Source: Alphaproteobacteria bacterium
Lineage (GTDB): Bacteria; Pseudomonadota; Alphaproteobacteria; GCA-2731375
Assembly (NCBI GenBank): GCA_965225945.1
Contig: CBDDBZ010000031.1
Coordinates: forward strand, 160,001 to 224,000
DNA length: 64,000 bases
Reading direction: 5' to 3'
The notes under the pieces are model-generated. The model ran no database searches. It was not told the DNA's origin and saw nothing but the letters and a program-made list of their open reading frames with translations. Positions 60,245 through 64,000 of the stretch are shown piece after piece (within the stretch, counting starts at the first letter, position 1; each line of letters opens with the position of its first letter). Position numbers and translations under genes: made by a program.

Positions 60245-60721
60245 TCACGCCACCTCGAGGCCGCGGGCGGCATGCCACTCGGTGATCGATTCGTTCGGAT
60301 AGACGGGAAAGCGGTCGTCGCCGTCGGCGCTCTCGACCGGCACCCAATCGGGCTTGAAATCGAGCATGATGTGGACCGTCTCCGCGGCCGGCGGCAGGCC
60401 CTCGTCGATGGCGCTCGCGAAAGGGTGTACCAGCTCCGGCCAGCTCGGCGACCAGACCCAAAGCGCGGAGCCGCAATGGCGGCAGAAGTGGCGGCGATGG
60501 TCGCTCTCGCTCCCGTCTTCCTGGCGGGAGCGATAGATCGAGAGCGCCTCGCGCCCCTCGACGACCAGCGTCTCGTAGCGGCCCATGACGTTAATGGCGT
60601 AGCCGCCGCCGCCCGCCGTCTTGCGGCAGATCGAGCAATAGCAGCGCATGTAGGGCTGCGGCGTCGTGCTCTCGAGCGTGAAGCGGACCACCCCACAGTG
60701 GCAGGAACCCGCGAGTTTCAT
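60245..60721 (-). CDS. GFA family protein
   Basis: GSCHCG, CYCSICRKT, FCRHCGSALW. Confidence 0.92.
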   Translation of the reverse strand: MKLAGSCHCGVVRFTLESTTPQPYMRCYCSICRKTAGGGGYAINVMGRYETLVVEGREALSIYRSRQEDGSESDHRRHFCRHCGSALWVWSPSWPELVHPFASAIDEGLPPAAETVHIMLDFKPDWVPVESADGDDRFPVYPNESITEWHAARGLEVA

Positions 60722-60751
60722 CTCTCTCTCCCCGGTGTCGTCGCGGCCATT

Positions 60752-61315
60752 CTACCGCTTGCGGCGCAGCAGCAGGTAAAACGCGCCCTCGCCGCCGTCG
60801 CGCGGGAGCGCGGGGCGTGCCGCCAGGACCTTGCCGGCGAGCGGCGCGGTCGCGAGCCAGCGCGGCAGCTCGCGTTTCAACACGCCCGGCGCGTCCTCGC
60901 CCATCACCGAGTCGGTCTCGCGCCCGGCGCCGCCCTTGCCGGTAATCACCAGGACGCAGCGTTTGCCCGCGGCCTGGCTGGCGAGGACGAAGTGCCCGAG
61001 AGCCTGGTGCGCCTCATCCACCCGGCGGCCGTGGAGGTCGAGGCGGGCCTCGATCTCGAAGCGTCCCTGGGCGAGCCGTTCGGCCGAGCGCCGGTCCAGC
61101 CCGGGGACGGGGGATTTGCGGCTCTCCACCACGACGGACGGCGCCGTCGAGGGCGCGGGCGCGGGTTTGGTTTCGTTCTCCGCGGGTCGCGTCGGCGGCG
61201 GCGGCGGGGCCGGGCGGCGCGGCCTGGCCGAGGCTGGCTTGGCCTTTCGTTCGGCCCGAACCGTCCGCTCGAAGAGTTCGCTCTCGTCGCGCGTCGGCTT
61301 TCGCTCGCCGCTCAT
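60752..61315 (-). CDS. Smr/MutS family protein
   Basis: EARLDLHG, VLVITGKG, GVLKRELPRWL, GGEGAFYLLLR. Confidence 0.92.
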   Translation of the reverse strand: MSGERKPTRDESELFERTVRAERKAKPASARPRRPAPPPPPTRPAENETKPAPAPSTAPSVVVESRKSPVPGLDRRSAERLAQGRFEIEARLDLHGRRVDEAHQALGHFVLASQAAGKRCVLVITGKGGAGRETDSVMGEDAPGVLKRELPRWLATAPLAGKVLAARPALPRDGGEGAFYLLLRRKR

Positions 61316-62034
61316 CGGCCGTCCTCGATCAGCAAGATGTGGAGGGCGCGCGGTCCGTGCGCGCCCAGGTGAATGGTGAGTTCGATATCGCCGGTCCGCG
61401 AGGGCCCGGTGATCAAATTGACGGTACGCGGCAGCGCCGCCGCCTTGCCGCCCGCCGTCTCGCCCCCCATCTTCTCGCGCAGGCGATCCCAGACCTCCTC
61501 GTGGCTGGCCGCGAGGTCGGAGGTCCGAAGCTGGACGATGTGATGCTCCGGCAAGAAGTTGAGCGCGCTCGGGCGTCTCGCACCACTCTCCAGCACCACG
61601 GTACCGGTCTCCGCCACGCCGGCGAGCGCCGGCGTCAACGCCACCCGATCCTCGTCCCGGGCGGGGCCGGCGCTCCGCTCCACCAGCGGCGCGCGTTCCC
61701 ACGGCAGATCCTCGACCTCGGCGAGGGCCGGGAGGCGGATGCGGGGTGGGAGATTGTGGCTTTGCAAATAATCCGCCACCGCCTCCGGCACCGCCTCGTC
61801 GCCGGCGAGCCGGGTGAGGGTGCAGGCCGCCGCCTCGGCGCGGGCGATGAAACGCTCGATCAGCTCGGCGCCCTCGGCGATCGCGTCTGCCGGCAGCAGG
61901 TTCCGGGGATGGGCGGCGAGACGGCCATCCAGCTCGGCCCGCGCGTCGGGCGAGAGCGGTCCCCGGCCCAGCGCGCGCCGGATCGCCGAGAGCACCCGCT
62001 CGCGGCCGCCGTCCCCGCGCCGGTCCTCGCTCAT
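61312..62034 (-). CDS. lutC: Lactate utilization protein C (LUD domain)
   Basis: GVAETGT, LNFLPEHH, LITGPSRTGDIE..GAHGP. Confidence 0.92.
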   Translation of the reverse strand: MSEDRRGDGGRERVLSAIRRALGRGPLSPDARAELDGRLAAHPRNLLPADAIAEGAELIERFIARAEAAACTLTRLAGDEAVPEAVADYLQSHNLPPRIRLPALAEVEDLPWERAPLVERSAGPARDEDRVALTPALAGVAETGTVVLESGARRPSALNFLPEHHIVQLRTSDLAASHEEVWDRLREKMGGETAGGKAAALPRTVNLITGPSRTGDIELTIHLGAHGPRALHILLIEDGR

Positions 62035-63458
62035 CCCTCCCCGCTCCGAATGCCGCCCGCGTCGGCCCGCCACAGCTCCTGGAAGGTCTTGCCCTCGGGC
62101 GCCGGCAGGTCGCGCCCGCCGGTCCAGCCGGTGGCGAACGGCAGGCGCTCGATCCGGCCGTTTTTCCGCCCCAGCCAGGCCAATAGGCGCACCGCCGCCC
62201 GGGCGCCCAGGCCGTAGAGTCCGGGGCGCGTGGCGAACCAGGTCCACAACGCCAGGCCGCGCCGCTCCACGAGGGAGGTTCGGCCGCTCTCGTGCGCCCG
62301 CTCCCGCCAGGCGCGGAGCATCCGGGGGAGGGGAATTTGCATCGGGCAGACGCTTTCGCAGCGGCCGCAGAAGGTGGAGGCGTAAGGCAGGTCCCGCGTT
62401 GTCTCCAGCCCCACCAGCGCCGGCGAAAGCACGGCGCCCATCGGTCCGACATAGACCGTGCCGTAGGCGTGCCCGCCGATCGAACGGTAGATCGGGCAGT
62501 GGTTCAAGCAGGCGCCGCAGCGGATGCAGCGCAGCATGTCCTGAAATTCGGTGCCCAGCATGGCGCTCCGCCCGTTGTCGAGCAGGATGACGTGGTATTC
62601 CTCGGGCCCGTCGGCGTCGTCAGGCCGCCTGGGTCCGGTGGAAAACGTCGTGTAGGCGGAGAACGCTTGGCCGGTGGCGGAGCGGGCCAGCAGGCGGAGG
62701 AGGGTCGTCGCGTCCTCCAGCGTCGGCACCACCTTCTCGATCGAGGCGACGACGACATGGGTGCGGGGCAGGATCTGGGTCAGATCGCCGTTGCCCTCGT
62801 TGGTGACGATGACCGAGGAGCCGGTCTCCGCCACCAGGAAGTTGGCCCCGGTGATGCCGAGGTCGGCGTCGAGGAAGCGCTGGCGCAGCACCTCGCGCGC
62901 CTCGCCGATGAGCGCCTCGGGCTCGCTCCGCCGGGCGCTCGCGTGATGACGCTCGAAGAGCTCGGAGATCTGTTCCTTGGTCTTGTGGATCGCGGGCGCG
63001 ATGATGTGGCTCGGCACTTCGTCGGCCAGTTGCACGATGTATTCGCCGAGGTCGGTCTCCACCGGCTGGATGGCGTGGCGCTCCAGGAAGGCGTTCAGGT
63101 GCAGCTCCTCGGCGACCATGCTCTTGGCCTTGGTCACCACCCTGGCCTCGCGCGCGCGGCAGATCTCGAGGATTCGCGCCCGCGCCTCTTCCGCCGTGGC
63201 GCACCAATGGACCTGGCCGCCGGCGGCCACGCAGTTCCGCTCGAAGACCTCGAGATAGTGGTCGAGATGGAGCAGCGTGTGGTCCTTGATCTCGCGTGCG
63301 CGCTCGCTGAGCGCCTCGAACTCGGGCAGTGCCGCCACCGCCTCGGCCCGCTTCGGCACCAGGCCGGCGCTCATCCGCCGAAGCGCCGAGGCCAGCTCCC
63401 GGTCAGCGAGCGCTTGGTGGGCGTTGGCCTTGAAGGCGCGCGGGTCGAGATGCGGCAT
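62031..63458 (-). CDS. lutB: Lactate utilization Fe-S protein B
   Basis: KSMVAEE, ETDLGEYI, PSHIIAPAIH, CIRCGACLNHCP, CGRCESVCP. Confidence 0.95.
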   Translation of the reverse strand: MPHLDPRAFKANAHQALADRELASALRRMSAGLVPKRAEAVAALPEFEALSERAREIKDHTLLHLDHYLEVFERNCVAAGGQVHWCATAEEARARILEICRAREARVVTKAKSMVAEELHLNAFLERHAIQPVETDLGEYIVQLADEVPSHIIAPAIHKTKEQISELFERHHASARRSEPEALIGEAREVLRQRFLDADLGITGANFLVAETGSSVIVTNEGNGDLTQILPRTHVVVASIEKVVPTLEDATTLLRLLARSATGQAFSAYTTFSTGPRRPDDADGPEEYHVILLDNGRSAMLGTEFQDMLRCIRCGACLNHCPIYRSIGGHAYGTVYVGPMGAVLSPALVGLETTRDLPYASTFCGRCESVCPMQIPLPRMLRAWRERAHESGRTSLVERRGLALWTWFATRPGLYGLGARAAVRLLAWLGRKNGRIERLPFATGWTGGRDLPAPEGKTFQELWRADAGGIRSGEG

Positions 63459-63461
63459 CGC

Positions 63462-64000
63462 CTAGGCGTCCCCCTCGCCCGCGATCGGCGCCACCTCGGC
63501 CGTGATTCCCGCCAACACCTCGGCGACGTGACGCACCTCGATTCGCTCGCCGCGTCGCTTGAGCCGTCCCGCCAGGTTCATCAGGCAGCCGAGATCGCCG
63601 GCCAGCAGCACATCGGCGCCGGTTTCGACCACCTCGTCGATCTTGCGGTCGGTGATATCGAGCGAAATGTCGGCATACTTGACGCAAAAGGTGCCGCCGA
63701 AGCCACAGCATTCCTCCGCCGCCCCCAGCTCGCGAAGCTCCAAGCCCTCGATACCCGCGAGCAGCGCGCGGGGCTGTCGTTCGACCTCCAGCTCGCGCAA
63801 GCCCGCGCAGGCATCGTGATAGGTGACGGTTGCGGGAAACCGGCCCTCGCCCCGGGCCACGCCCCGGGCGTCGACCAGGAAGGCGGTGAGCTCAAAGCTC
63901 CGTCGGGCTAGGCGCTCGGCGCGGGTGGCCCAGCGCGGCTCGTCGCGGAACAGCGCCGGATAGTGCCGTGCCAGCATGCCGGCGCACGATCCGGAGGGCA
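63462..64000 (-). CDS. lutA: Lactate utilization protein A (CCG domains), 5' end outside window
   Basis: SGSCAGM, TYHDAC, ECCGFGGTF, DLGCLMNLAG. Confidence 0.92.
   Translation of the reverse strand, partial: PSGSCAGMLARHYPALFRDEPRWATRAERLARRSFELTAFLVDARGVARGEGRFPATVTYHDACAGLRELEVERQPRALLAGIEGLELRELGAAEECCGFGGTFCVKYADISLDITDRKIDEVVETGADVLLAGDLGCLMNLAGRLKRRGERIEVRHVAEVLAGITAEVAPIAGEGDA

Overview
GC-rich alphaproteobacterial chromosome segment; the gene content looks Rhodospirillales/Rhizobiales-like. Core blocks are hemW-rdgB-rph, hrcA-grpE, a tandem glycine riboswitch with gcvTHPAPB, SUV3-like helicase-hslR-TerB-fdxA-carD, tRNA-Pro(CGG)-ispB, a TRAP transporter, a peptide-type ABC transporter and lutABC-smr. 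Accessory or decaying material is interspersed: (i) an otsB-GH15-otsA-glk(pseudo) trehalose cassette bracketed by ~26-bp imperfect direct repeats; (ii) an IS3-like element with an unusual perfect 14-bp flanking duplication; (iii) an IS481 remnant; (iv) an IS4-family element inserted just downstream of a putative RpoH-type promoter of hrcA-grpE; (v) a degenerate island between a truncated rpoH-like gene and tRNA-Pro. The most unusual feature lies in that island: a 4.1-kb IS21-family element with four tightly coupled ORFs (Cys/Arg-rich zinc-finger-like protein, IstA, IstB, and a DUF3991/Toprim primase-like protein lacking key catalytic acids) behind a ~400-nt structured leader. All family calls come from motif recognition by eye; no database searches were run.
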